Below are positions 38,190 through 51,234 of a stretch of 64,000 nucleotides of DNA, in pieces (position 1 is the stretch's first letter; each line of letters starts with the position of its first letter). The DNA is taken from the NCBI GenBank assembly GCA_977017645.1, contig OZ360243.1, forward strand, positions 28,830,001 through 28,894,000, written 5' to 3'. Position numbers and translations under genes: made by a program. The stretch is from Torpedo marmorata. Lineage: Eukaryota. The notes beneath the pieces were generated by a model, which saw only the letters and a list, made by a program, of their open reading frames with translations, did no database searches and had not been told where the DNA came from.

Positions 38190-39180
38190 ACCATGCACCA
38201 TCCCTTCAGTCAATGGCCAGATCCATTTCCCGCTCATCTGCCCTGGCCCCCTCTGCCCCCAGACGCAACAAACATAGAATCCCCCTCATCCTCACCTACC
38301 ACCCCACCAGCCTCCGCATCCAACACATTATCCGCCGGAATTTCCGGCACTTACTACAGGATCCCACCACCAGACACATTTTTCCTTCTCCTCCCCTCTC
38401 GGCCTTCCGTAGGGACCACTCCCTCCGCGATTCACTCGTGCACTCATCCCTCCCCACCCATCGCACCCCCGGAACCTTCCCCTGTGCCCGCAGGAGGTGC
38501 AACACCTGTGCCCACACCTCCCCCTCACCATGGTCCAGGGCCCCAAACAGGCCTTCCAAGTGAAGCTACACTTCACTTGTACATCCAGAGAACTTATTTA
38601 CTGCATCCGGTGCTCCCTTTGTGGCTTTCCATACATTGGAGAGACCTCCTCTCCGTCCGCAACAACAGCGACCTCCCAGTAGCCAACCATTTCAATTCCG
38701 GGTCACACTCCCACACTCACATGTCTGTCCATGGCCTCATGTACTATCCCACCCAGACTACATGCAAATTGGAGGAACAACATCTCATATTCCGTCTCGG
38801 CACTCTCCAGCCAGATGGCATTAACATTGACTTTTCTGCTTTCCACTATACCTGCTTGTTGTTCCCTTCCCCTCCCCCCTCACCTGTCCTTCCTGTTTTT
38901 CTTTAGCTACCTAGCCATCCCTCCTCCCCCTCTTTGCTGCTGTCCCCTCCCTCCTTTCTCCACCTATCATCTCCTGCCTTTGCCATCCCCCTTCCCCCCT
39001 CACTCCTTTGTTCGGACGCCTGCCGGCATTTTCTCATACTTTGATGAAGGGCTCAAGCCCGAAACGTCGGTTATGTATTTCTACCTTTGCTACATAAAAG
39101 ACACTGTTTGACCTGCTGAGTTCTCCAGCATTTGTGTTTTTTACTTCAACCACGGTGTCTACAGATTTTCGTGTTTTACT
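38190..39180 (+). mobile_element. Penelope-like 3' fragment (second family)
   Basis: RIPLILTYHPTSLRIQHII, GTFPCARRRCNTC, LIYCIRCSLCG..YIGET, LEEQHLIFRLGTLQPDG. Confidence 0.9.
39035..39075 (+). ncRNA. Minimal type I hammerhead-ribozyme-like motif
   Basis: catact-TTGATGA-A-GGGC-tcaa-GCCC-GAAA-CGTC-ggttatg. Confidence 0.55.
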
Positions 39181-39687
39181 TTTCAAGTCCCATCCTGTTG
39201 GGGATGGGCTTGTCACTCTGCAGAGTTTGCAGCAGGCATCTCTGCTGTTCACAGTTGCAATAAATGAGACCTAGTAATAGTGAGTAAAATGCACGAAGCA
39301 TAAAAAATGTTTAAAAAAAAAAAAAAAAACAGTGCTACGACATATCCCAGTGGAGACCCTTTAACTCATGCCTCTTTGACAATGTGTTCCTTGTTTTATT
39401 GGAGATTGCAGCTTTCAGGTTGTGTATTATGATTCCAGTACTTGTTGGTAAGACAGGAATGAACATTGTGCACATCGACAATGTCATGCTACGCTGGAGT
39501 CAATGGTGTCTGTTTCAATTTTGCAATCGTTATGGTTCAACAGGAAATGTTTAAAAAAAAAAAAAAAATTAAAGCATTAAATGGATATTATTTATGATTT
39601 ATGTATCAAAAATGGATACAAATGAAGCCAATTGCTAGGCTTGTGTCACACAATTTTGAAATGAATAAGGCATAGGATGTTATAGAG

Positions 39688-40469
39688 CAGGGGCGGGCAA
39701 CCTTTTACCATGCGTGGGCCGGATGGTGTGTCAGTGGTTGAACAGTGGGCCGCACTGATGTTACCATAAATGAAATAAATACTAAAACACAGACATTATG
39801 TAATTTAAGTTTTTGATTGTCTCTGCTTGAAGTACGTAATGTACAATGTATGAACATAACTGACGATAATTTATCAAAAAACAATCCACAGAAAAAGTTC
39901 AAGCAACGAGATCAACCGTATTCCTTCCAAAAAACTACGATGATGCATTTCAGGTCAGGGAAGGCATCTTCAAATCTGGAAATGCACCAAAAATCACGAG
40001 TTAGTCATTAAAATGACACAATTAAAAAAAAAAAAAAAACCATAAAAGTTAAAAAGGAGAAAAATTAGTCACAATGAAAACAAAATAACTAACCCCAAAA
40101 CAGACAGCAGCTCAATCAGTTGGAAACTTGATTTTGTTTGTTGTTTGAAAGCATTTCGATATTGGGTGACATAGTTGTTGATGCCAATAGCAAGACATCA
40201 TCTAAATGGGCATTAGTCAAATTTGTTCTCAAGTGGTTCTTGGTGTACTTCATTTTTGAGAACAGTTGCTCACACATGTATGTACTGCCAAACAGACTCT
40301 GACTTGACTTGACGCGGCTCTGACGCCGATGCGACGTGAATTTGACTTTTTTTGCACTACTTGTATCGGCGGGTCGTGTGCACGTGGTACTTTTGCATTG
40401 GGTTGCGGGCCGGATAAATTTGCATCGCGGGCTGCATCCGGCCCACGGGCCGTAGGTTGCCCAGCCCTG
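39688..40469 (-). mobile_element. Non-autonomous hAT-Charlie element with transposase C-terminal remnant
   Basis: TIRs caggggcgggcaacc / ggttgcccagccctg; perfect TSD TTATAGAG; minus 40116-40300 encodes SLFGSTYMCEQLFSKMKYTKNHLRTNLT (hAT dimerisation domain). Confidence 0.92.
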
Positions 40470-40819
40470 TTATAGAGTCTAGTTCTGTGGGATTAACCTA
40501 GCTGTGCTTAAAGAATCCTACAATTAATCCGTTCCTTTCTCAGCCAGGATGTTGCATGATCAGTTGCACAAGTCGCATTTTGGCAACAATGTTTTTTCCT
40601 TGTGCATATCATCGATTATATAGCAGAATCATTCTTTTTCATGGCTTCATTGGCAAATTCTTTATGGAGGTGGACTAATGTCCTGGACTAATGATTTGTA
40701 GACTAGATTTCAAATCCCACAATGGTAGAAAGAGAAATTTTGCATCGATTTAACTAAATAATAGAAAAAATAAAAATGGTGACCATGAAACTATGGAAAT
40801 GCAAGAACCACATATCTGG

Positions 40820-41528
40820 TTCAGAATTTGTTGTCATGAACAAGACATGAAATTTGGTGTTTTGCGGCAGCATCATAGTGCAAACATTCATATTATAACC
40901 ATCTTATGACATTATATAAAATATATATATATATATATATATATAATAGTACACGAAAAGTAAGGCAGTGCCTTTGGTTCATTGATTATTTAGGAATCTG
41001 ATGGCAGTGGGGAAGAAGCTGTCCTTGTGCCATTGAGTGCTCGTCTTTAGGCTCCTGTACCTTTTTCATGATGGTAGCAGAGTGAAGAGGGCATGGCCTG
41101 GGTGGTGCGGGTCTTTGAGGACAGATGTCCTCGATGGAGTGAAGTCTGATGCCTGTGATGTCACAGACTGAGTTAACAACCCTCTGGAGTTTATTCTTGT
41201 CCTGAGAGTTGGCGCCTCTATACCAGGCAGTGATGCAACCAGCCAGAATGCTCTCCACGGTACACCTGTAGAAGTTTACGAGAGTCTTCGGTGACATACC
41301 GTATCTCCTCAGACACCTCACAAAGTATAGCCGCTGGCGAGCCTTCTTTGTGATTGCATCAATGTGGAGGCTCCAGGACAGATCCTCGGAGATGTTGACA
41401 CACAGGAATTTGAAGTTTTTAACCCTCTCCACTACTGAGCCCTCGATGAGGACTGAGTCGTGTTCCCCTGACTTCCTCCTGAAGTCCACAATCATCTCCG
41501 TCGTTTTGCTGACATTGAGCGCAAGGTT
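40820..41528 (-). mobile_element. Rex1/Babar LINE 3' fragment
   Basis: LNVSKT.EMIVDFRRK...KKARQRLYF..; near-identical to the 52139-53088 copy. Confidence 0.9.
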
Positions 41529-41784
41529 CACTGCTGTCCTTCATATTAAGATGATGAATAGAATGGCCTCTATCATTGCTTGATCTGGTCAAAATGTACT
41601 TGTAGACATGAAGTAGTGGAGTTTTAGTTCCCTGGAGTCATTAACTATTTGCTAGTCTTGTTATCAATCTTGAAGTAGCTAATTAATGTTTCCATTCTAA
41701 GATAGTTTGTTTCAGGGGTGAAATGTTGTGCAACCAGTACATGAGCTGAGAATTTTCTTTGTGTGAAATGAAAGGTTGTAGACC

Positions 41785-42700
41785 TTGGATGCTGTCAGTG
41801 TGGAGTTTGTATGTTCTCCTGTGACAGGTCAGTGGTCTCAACCTTTTCCCCCCTACTCACATACCACCTTAAGTAATCCCTTACTAACCACAGAGCACCT
41901 ACGGCATAAGAGATTACTTAAGGTGGATAGTAAGAGTATGGCATAGGTGCTCTGTGGTTAGTAAGAGATTACTTTTAAAAAATATTTTATTTAATTTTTA
42001 AATCACAAAATACATAAAATAAAATATAAAATTATCAAAGTATTTGTGATACATTTTCATCCCCCCCCAACCCTCCCAACCCCACTAATCTAATAGAAAT
42101 AAAAATATAAAATAAAAATAGAAAAAAAAAAGAAAAAAGAAAGAAAAAGATAGAGTAAGGAGAATACCAATCTATAAACTAATTCTATTATGGAGGTCAA
42201 GTATGCCAGTAGGTCCGATATCCAGAGATCTTCAAATCCTTAAACCAACAACTTTCATATATGGGCTCCAAATTTTTAAGAAGAAATGATATTTATTACT
42301 TAAATTATAAGTAATTTTTTCAAGTGGTATACACGAACGAAGTTCTGCATGCCATCTTTCTAATCCTAAATCTAAATCAGATTTCCAAGTAATAGCAATA
42401 CATTAGTAAGAGATTACTTAAGGTGGTATGTGAGTGGGGAAAAAAGATTGAGAACCACTACAGTAGGGGTTTCCACCAGGTGGTCTGGTTCTCCCCCCCT
42501 CCCCCCCCACACCCTAAAAGTGTGGCTGGTACCTTAACTGACCCCAGAAATGCCTCTACAGCACAGGTAGAATCTGGAACGAGTTGAAGAGAATGTCTCA
42601 AAAACAAAAAAAATGGAATTGATGTAGGATTAGTATAAAATGGGTGGTTGATGGCCAGTGGATTGGATGGGCCAAAAGGACTGCTTTCATGCTGTTTTAT
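41785..42700 (+). mobile_element. V-SINE interrupted by a hAT MITE (41830-42460)
   Basis: gtgtggagtttgtatgttctcc before and ggtttccaccagg...gggccaaaaggactg after; MITE arms resemble 23017-23391. Confidence 0.7.
41975..42402 (-). mobile_element. L1-clade LINE 3' fragment nested in hAT MITE
   Basis: 17-bp TSD TTAGTAAGAGATTACTT (41958-41974/42403-42419); minus CIAITWKSDLDLGLERW...CIPLEKITYNL. Confidence 0.85.
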
Positions 42701-43559
42701 TCAATGACTATTTAATTGCACGGAAGGGTTCAGCACAAAACTCTTGTTTTACTGAGCAGCAGTAATCACATACCCTCCTGGACACTTCTGTATCATGGAC
42801 TGCCTAACTGCCTACAGCAAGGGTAAGTGAGCCAGTGTTATGCCAGACCATGCCATTTCCACTGCCAGACTTGCAAAATAGACGGTATTTTCCAAGCTCT
42901 GTCATAGTAATAAATTACTAATTGGACAAAGGAAAAGATTCTAGGCTGTTCTCAAAGCCTTGTGGGTGGGGGTGGGTGTAAGTGAGGATAGTAGCATCCT
43001 CATTGACTTGTGGGAATCTTTGCCCATGGAGGAGGAATACGTAGGAAGCCATTGAAGTTCATTCACTGGAAATGCATGTGCCATACAGGCTGAAGGAGAA
43101 TCACACCACCTTCCATCTGCTCCACTGTACACAACCTACCTCACTGGTGGCAGTATTTGGTTCCATGTTGGTCTATCAGTCAACGGGAGTCCTTGGAGCT
43201 GGATTGGAAATGAGCTGTCCTTGATCCTGGGGGAGTGTCAAAGGAGATAATTTGATAACAAATAGTTAAAATCTGTTCAAGGAAACTGATAACTGCATCT
43301 CATCTGTGAAGGTTCAGTGGGGTCTTGCTATGGAACAAATTACTCTAAATATGTGCTGTTGCCAAACTTGAAATCCACTGAGTGGGATGCATAGTTTAGA
43401 ATGAAATGTTTAAGTTTGATAAACATCTGCCTGCATTCCTGTTGCTAATTGCTATTCTGCAATTTCCTGCCGGAAAGTATACACTGAGAGCATTTGGTTT
43501 TGTGGTGATCTCCAACAGAGTCAGTACAGTGGCTGGAGCACTAACTCCCTGTAATGAAA

Positions 43560-45860
43560 TTGTACCCACAACAGTACCTCACACGAACAAGGAGCCCTTC
43601 AAGCCCACGTCTGTGCCGAACATGTCTAAAGCAAACTAAAACTCTACTTGCACTTGATCGATATCCCTCCATTCCTTTCATATTAGAGTACCTTTCTAAA
43701 ACCCTCTGAAATGCTTCCAGTTTATATGCTTTCACCAATTCACCAGGCTGCATATTCCAGGCACCTTCCACTCTCTGTGTAAAATATTGCCCGTACATCT
43801 CCCTTGGACTTGCTCCCCATCACCTTAAAAGCATGCCCTCCAATGTGTGACACTTTTGTCCTGAAGAAAAGATTTTGACTGTCCACCATATCAATGCCCC
43901 TCATGATTTTAAACACCTCTGTCTGGTTGCACCTCAGCCTCCTATGCTCCATAGAAACAATCAGATTTTGTACAATTGCTCCCCATAACTCCTACTCGAA
44001 ACCAGGCAACATCCTGGTAAACCTCCTCTGTACCCTTTCCAGAGCCCCCCCCCCCCCCATTTCTTCTGGGCAACTAGAATTGCACACAGTATTCCAAGTT
44101 TGGTCTCAGTTTTATATAGCTGCAAATTTACCATACTGTAAACTGCCTTTACCACACTATCTACTTTTATTGTCACTTTCTATGAGCTACAGGCAGATCC
44201 CACTGTTCAACAATACATTTAAGAATCCTGCCATTATCGGTATACATTCCCCTTGCATTAGACTTTTCAAAGTGCAGCACCTCACACTTTTAAAGATTAA
44301 ACTCCATCTGCCATTTCTCTGCCCATATCTGTAATTAATCTACATCCTGCTGATTTCTTTGATAGCCCTTTAAACTGTCCACAGCTCTGCCAATCCGTGC
44401 ATCATCTGCAAAGTTATAAAACCCACTCACCCACTTTTTCATTTGAGTCATTTATGTATATAACAAATAACAGGGGTCCCAACACTGATCCCTGCAGAAC
44501 ACCACTGGTCACATGCCTCCAGCCTGAATAAGAGCCTTGCACTACTACCCCCTTTTTATAAAAATTAGCCACTTTTGCATCCAGACAATCAACTCACCAT
44601 TGATCCCATGCCTTTGCACTTTCTAAATCAACCTACCATGAGGGACCTTATCAAATGACTTTCTAAAATCCGTGCAAACTATATCCACTACCCCACTCCT
44701 CATCAACCATCTTTGTCACCACCTCAATAAAAACTCAATCCAATTGGTAAGACATGACTGCCCCTCACAAAGCCATGTTGACAGTCCCTAATCTGACTTT
44801 CCAAATATGCATAATTGCTGTCCCTTGGTATCCTTTCCAATAGTTACCTGGCCACTGATGTGAAGTTTATTGGCTTATTATTTCCTGAATTATCCTTTCT
44901 TCCCTTCTTGTACAAAGGTACGACTTTAGATACTCTACAGTCCTGTGGGACCTCTCCTGTTGCTAGTGAGGATGTAAAGTTCTTTGTTAAAGCCCCAGCA
45001 ATCTCTTCCTGCCTCTTTCAATAACTGGAGAAATATCCCACCAGCCCCAGGGGATTTATCCACCGTAATGCTCCTCAAAAAAAAAAACAACATAGCCTCT
45101 TTTTTGATCTTGTAATGCCCTAGCACATGAGCATTCTCCATGTTATGCTCTCCATCAATGACCACTGACCTTCTCCTTTGTAAATTCTGATGCAAGTACT
45201 CACTCAGTATCTCACCCACTTCCTCTGATTCCAAACATAAATTCCCTCCTTTATCCTCTTCCTGGTCATCCTCTTGTTTTTAATGCTAGTATAAAATGCC
45301 TTGGGATTTTTTTTTAATCCTGCTCACCCAGGACATTTCAAGGCCTGCTTGAGCTCTATCCTGCAGTGTTTATATTCCTCCAGGGGCCTGACAGATTGTA
45401 GCTTCCTAATCCTTACATATGCCTCCCTTTTTTTGACTAAATTCATGACCCCTCTCGTCATCCAAGGTTCTATTCCCTTGCCATTTCTATCCTTCCTTCA
45501 CAATAAATTGGGACTTAAATAATTACCACGTCAGTTGTGGACTTGCCCAAAAACATCTGCTCCCAGATTACTACTCCTCACTCCTGTCTAATCCTGTCAT
45601 AATTTGCCCTCCCCCAATTTAGCATTTTTCTACAAGGACCAAGTTTATCTATGTCTATAAACTATCTTGAAAGTTAAGGAAGAGTGATCTCTATTCTCAA
45701 GATATTCCCTTGTTGAAATGCTGATCACCTGGCTGGGCTCAGTTACCAATACAAGATCTAATATGGTCCACTTCTGGTTGGGCTATCTAACATGCTACGT
45801 TCAAGAAACTCTCCTGGACACTCTAAATAAATTCTGATCCATCTAAGCCTCAAAGTAGAT
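43560..45860 (-). mobile_element. CR1 LINE, long degenerate ORF2 fragment
   Basis: Minus: DQCWDPC (GVPQGSV region), FADDA, DKSPG, FTQRVEGAWN, EHRRLR. Confidence 0.85.
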
Positions 45861-45907
45861 GTCCTGAGGGAAATGAAGGAAAATGGTCAGGTCTAAATTA
45901 TGAATTA

Positions 45908-47696
45908 CCATATATTTCAGCGTATAAGTTGACTCGCGGATAAGTCGACCGTCCTTTTACAGCCTCATTTTAATGGTTTTATTTTATATGGGGCGTATAA
46001 GTTGACCCCAAAAAATCGTGATGCCTGAGATGCTGGGCGTTGACCGGCGTATAGGTCGACCCACAACGATCGCGCTGATTGAGCTGCTGGGCGTTGGCTG
46101 GAGGTGATTGTTATCATGGAGGCTCCATTGAAACGACAAAAGTATGAGGCGAGCTTTAAATTAAAAGAGATAGAAATGGCCAAGAAAACCAACAACTGTG
46201 CTGCTGCAAGAAAATTTGATTTTTTAATGAGAAGTTGGTAAGAGATTGGAGGAAGAAAGAAGAGACTTTAAGAAAAATACCAAAAAGGCAATGTTCGATG
46301 AGAAGAGGAATCACTCGTTGGCCAGAGTTGGAAAATCATGTCGCAGCATGGGTACGTGAACAGAGGCAAGATTGCTACATAGTCACCCGAAATAAAATAA
46401 GAACATTTGCACTGAAGTGGGCAAAGTCGCACCCAGAACTCAGTAATGATTTTGAAGCTACAGTCGGCTGGTGCAACCGTTTCATGAACAGGAAAATTCT
46501 GGTATTACAACAAAAATTGCTCAGAAACCACCAAAAGATCTTGATCATAAAGTTGTAAGTTTTCACCAGTTTATTTTACGTAACCGGCAGAAACACAAGT
46601 TTGCATTGGCAAATATTGGAAACATGGACGAAACCCCCATGAATTTTGACATGATAGGCAATAGAACAGTGGAATGGAAAGGTGTGAAAACTGTGCAAAC
46701 GAGGAGTACAGGACATGAAAGGACCAGGTTTACCGTGGTGTTATCGTGCATGGCCGACAGGACAAAGTTAAGACCCATGGTAATCTTCAAACGCAAATTT
46801 AAACCTAAAATAAAATTCCCTGCGGGTATTTTGGTACATTTTCATGAAAAATAATGGATGGACTATGGATAGACAATGTGTGGAACAGGCGGCCAGGCAG
46901 TTACGCAAGGAACGGAGTTTGCTGGTCTGGGATATGTTTCGTAGCCACTTAACTGAGAAGACTAAAAGTAGATTGGCACAACATAATACTTACATGGCGT
47001 TATTCCGGGTGGTTTGAAGTTTATATTGCGACCCCTCGATGTCTGCTTGAACAAGCCATTCAAAGACCATGTGCGTGAAGAGTGGAATACATGGATGTTG
47101 AGTGCAGAAAAATTATTTACAAAAGGCGGGGCAATGCGTGCTGCATCGCTTGATGTGCTGTGTGACTTTGTGCTCAAGGCATGGGACAAAGTGAAAGTAA
47201 AGATTGTAATAAAATAGTTTAAAAAGTGCGGTATCTCTTGTGCAATTGATGGTACGGAAGATGATTTTTTGTGGGACACTTGACGACGAAGCTGAAGCCG
47301 CCTCATCAGATACAGACTGGGACCCGTATGATGACTGTCTAAACAGTGAGACCCCGGATGTGCTTGCCGAGATCTTTGCCTCAGACGATGATAGCGAAAG
47401 TGATTTTGAAGGGTTCTAAATGTGTTGTTTTCAATAAAAATGTCAGTGAAAATTTGTTGCAGTCGGGTTTTTTTTTTTGGTTTTTCAAGGGTCGACATAC
47501 GCCGAATCAGGTTTTCAAGGGTTGACTTATACGCTGAATCGGGTTTTCAAGGGTCGACTTATACGCCGAATCAGCGTGGAGCGATTTTTGAGCTGATTTT
47601 AAGGTCTCAAAAGTATATCTGACGTATAAGTCGACCCCTGTTTTTTGAGAGATTTTTGAGGGTTTCAAGACTCGGCTTATACGCCGAAATATATGG
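45908..47696 (+). mobile_element. pogo-superfamily transposon (Passer/POGK-like), full-length, frameshifted
   Basis: TA|ccatatatttcagcgtataag ... cttatacgccgaaatatatgg|TA; transposase 46116-47419: Brinker-like DBD (KRQKYEASFKL...NCAAARKF), CENP-B HTH (ATVGWCNRFM), IGNMDETP, RPLDVCLNKPFK; three 31-bp subterminal repeats ~47478-47575. Confidence 0.9.
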
Positions 47697-48339
47697 TAAC
47701 TATGGTACAAGGCATTTCCTGTTTATAAATCACATTTTTTTGTCCATAAATGAGTCTTATGTTATCTTCAATATTTGTGTTCCCTTTGCCACCAATAAAT
47801 TCACATTCTGTGCTACTCTACTTAATTTTGTAATTCCTTATTATACCACCAATGATTAACCATTAGTGTCTTTCCGATTTGTGTATTATTTTATCGTGCT
47901 GTCAAATAGATTAATATTTTGGTAATTTCTAGTACACAAAGTTGGGCGGGTGCACCTAGAGTTCATAGTTTCATTTTAAACATAGCATGAACTACTAACA
48001 ATTTAAAGAAAATCGGTTATAGAACTCAAAATGCTCAACTTTAAACTTTATTTGGCTTAGACTGCAGTTCTTGGGGGGTTTCCTGCTGAAATTTGTAAAA
48101 TGAGATTCTATCTCAAGACACAAGAAGTATTAAGTCCTTGTGTAAAATACACAGTAGAATTTAACCATGATAAACTCGTGGAACGTTTGTGGAATGTATT
48201 GGAGCAATGATGCAACCTTGTTTGTCATGGAATTAAATTTTAAATCTGTCATAAAGGAAATGAATTTGAAGTAACTTGATCCTTATTTTCTTTAAATGCA
48301 ATAATCCTTTTTGAAAGAGTCACATCATAGACATAAATA

Positions 48340-49980
48340 AATGAAATGGCTGATCCCATTCATTGGTTACCACACTGGGACAGTAGTGAAGACCTTCACC
48401 TCCACATCTGTAGAGGGCAGCACAAATGTTGTAATCATAATCATTCCCAAGAAAAATGAAAAGTCTGACACCTGTAATGACAGGCAGAGGCAATGTGGGA
48501 AAGGAGTCTCCCTGGCTGCTGCTCTTCTTCAAATGGTGCAAAATATGGGTCATTTGCAAATGCCTCTTCCCAGTGGAAAAGAGCTGATTACCAAATTGCA
48601 GTGTGGATTCTGTCCCCATCTAGAGGCACATTGGACATGATCTTCACCATGTGTTAACTCCAAAATAAATGAGAACAATACACACGGCCATTTTTTTTTT
48701 AACTTCCATCAATCTGGAGGACAGCGGGGCTAGCAGAGCTATTGTTTCTCAGTGCCAGGATTCAACCCTGACCTTGAATGCTTTTGGTGTGGAGTGTGAT
48801 TTTTCTCTAAGCACTCTGTTTTCCTCCCACATGCAAAGATGTGTGAGTTGGTAGGTTAAATTGCACCGAGTTTGGTGGTACAATTTGTGGGGAGTTGATG
48901 GGAATACAGGAAGAAAAAAAAAGGGATAATTGTAGGATTAGTGCAGATGGGCACTGGCGTCACGAGGGGGGTGCGGGTGACACCATCAGAGGGGGTGCCA
49001 CCAAAATGACCCTGTAGTTAGCTATAACAACAAAAACATTTTTCGTAAGCCCAGCTTACATGTATCAATGTACCTACAAGGCTAAAACTCTATGCTACTT
49101 TACTTTTTGAACCTTCTAATGTCAGAGCTGTCATTATTACCCAATTACAATGACACTTCGAATCACGTGGTTTCGTCTGCACGCGCTACAAGCACCCGCT
49201 GTTGTTTTCGTTGCTGGTGTTTTTATAGTCACTGCTTTTGTCAAATTTTCTGGTGTTTTAGCGACAGTATTGTGGTAATTAGTATTTGTGAACCTATTTA
49301 TTTTAATTTTGCTAGTTGTTTATCTCTACTATTGCCATCACATTCAGTGATATACGGGAATTACGATTTACGAGTAACATTAGTACAAAGAACATTAGTA
49401 AGGATTCTGTATGGTCTTGTACGGGAGGAGGTCCATGGGGGGGGGGGTGCGGGGGTGACACCATGAGTTACCACACTGGGTGACACCAACCCTAGTGACG
49501 CCACTGTAGGTGGGTACCTGGTGGCCATTGTGGACTTGGGCCTGTTTCCGTCCTGCCCGTGGAAATTTATTTCCATCTTGTGTTAGCTTCGTGATGACAT
49601 GCAAGCCATTTACTAGCAGGTTAATAACAATGCCAATCTCAGTGAAGACCAGTGTCAAACAAGGCTGCATCAATGCTTAATCTTTATTACCGCATTGTAC
49701 CTCAACAGCTTTCATGCAAAAGTACATCTAATTTTCAGAACTACTGGGAAATTGTCCAACTTGTGGCGACTGCAGTCCAGATCCAATGGCTGAACCTCTT
49801 ATCAGCAGACAATAGTTACCTATGTGCATCCTTGGAGGACAAGCTCAGAGGCATCATTACCATGTTCTGTGAAGCAGGTGAAGATGAGCCTTCCACGAGA
49901 CATCCACAAGACAACTGCCCTTCTTTACCAGCCTGCCCTTTCTGCACCATACTGCCCATCAACAATAAAGGTTCCTGGTG
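48340..49980 (+). mobile_element. Degenerate RTE (BovB-like) LINE interrupted by a V-SINE (~48716-49560)
   Basis: Frameshifted remnants IPKKNEKSD, QCGF..SRGTLDMIFT, VKQGCI; SINE V-domain and CR1-like tail in the middle. Confidence 0.55.
48952..49506. mobile_element. hAT MITE nested in V-SINE
   Basis: TIRs cactggcgtcacgaggg / ccctagtgacgccactg; 8-bp TSD CAGATGGG/TAGGTGGG (2 mismatches). Confidence 0.8.
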
Positions 49981-51234
49981 AGATCTTGTAAATTTTGCCA
50001 TCACTAGCAAAGCCTTTGGTTAACTAAGGAAAAGTAAATTTGAAAATCAAGACCTTGAACCTGGCACAAAACCAATGGTGATTTCTGTCCCCCCCCCCCC
50101 GATGCTTTTTGAGAGCAGTGCTACCTCTAGTAGGCACATTATGGTACTGGAAGGATATCTCCAAATTTGGAAAATGAACAAACCGATTATCACTTCCAGA
50201 CCTACATCCCACCACTGAAAATAAAAAAAAAACCCGCAAAAGCTGGAAATCGAAAACAAAAACAGAAAGTACTGGAATAAATCAGCAGATCAGGTCACAT
50301 GCGTGAGAAGGGAAATTGAGTTAGTATTTTGGGTTAGCGGCCCTTGTGAGTTCTGACTTTGTTTCTCTTCCCATGGATGCAGCCTGACCGGAGTATTTCT
50401 GGCATTTTGGTTGAGAGGCATGTGTTGTCAGCTTCCCCAGCAGGAGAGTCACAAATCTGATACCATTTGGGAAGAAATTACCAAGCAGACAGGAAAAGTA
50501 CCAAGGATGTTTCCATAGCTTCCCTAAAGAATGCAGGTTCCCACTGATTCCTGGGAATGCCCATTCAAAGTGGAAAATGAGCATTCAGGGTAGTATTGAG
50601 AACCTTGAGTCTACGTGTTGGGAACATGCAAAGCCCTGCATAATCAGTGGAAGGAGTACATTCAAAGTACTTACTCACCTGCTTTATCTCAAAGTATCTG
50701 TGATTTCCATGTTGGTCTCAACAGCCACCCCAGAGCCTACAAAACTAGTGGAAGAAAGTTGTCTTCGATCCCAGGGAACGGCTACAGCGAACAATAGCAA
50801 ATCTAAACATTGAAATTAAATTGAATGCTGTCGAAGTGAGATGTGATATTCAGAAGTTGTTCACTTAACACTAAATGAGGGTCAATGTGAACAGATTGCA
50901 AATTGTTGGGGGTGTTTCCCACACAACAGGGGCACGAGAGTCTCTCCACAAGTAGAGTTTCATGCCAGTGAAGACCGAATTCACATATCCTCAACAAAAG
51001 TGAAAATTGGTCTCAATCGCGTTCAATGCAGGGTGATTGTTGTGCAAACTCTACTTTTATTAATATGGAGACGTCTTTCAAACTGCTTTGAAAGGATGGC
51101 AGAGTCAGTAAACTTCACCACATTATAAAGAATTTGATTACAGAATAATCTGTTTTTCAAAAAACCTAAAGCTTGAATGGTTATGGAGCAAGGGTTGGAA
51201 AGTGGGATTACCGTATTTTTACATGTTGAAACAA

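Noticed and set aside
42920-43260. Possible nested minus-strand exon in the large intron
   Set aside because: No recognisable protein motif or convincing splice-site pair.
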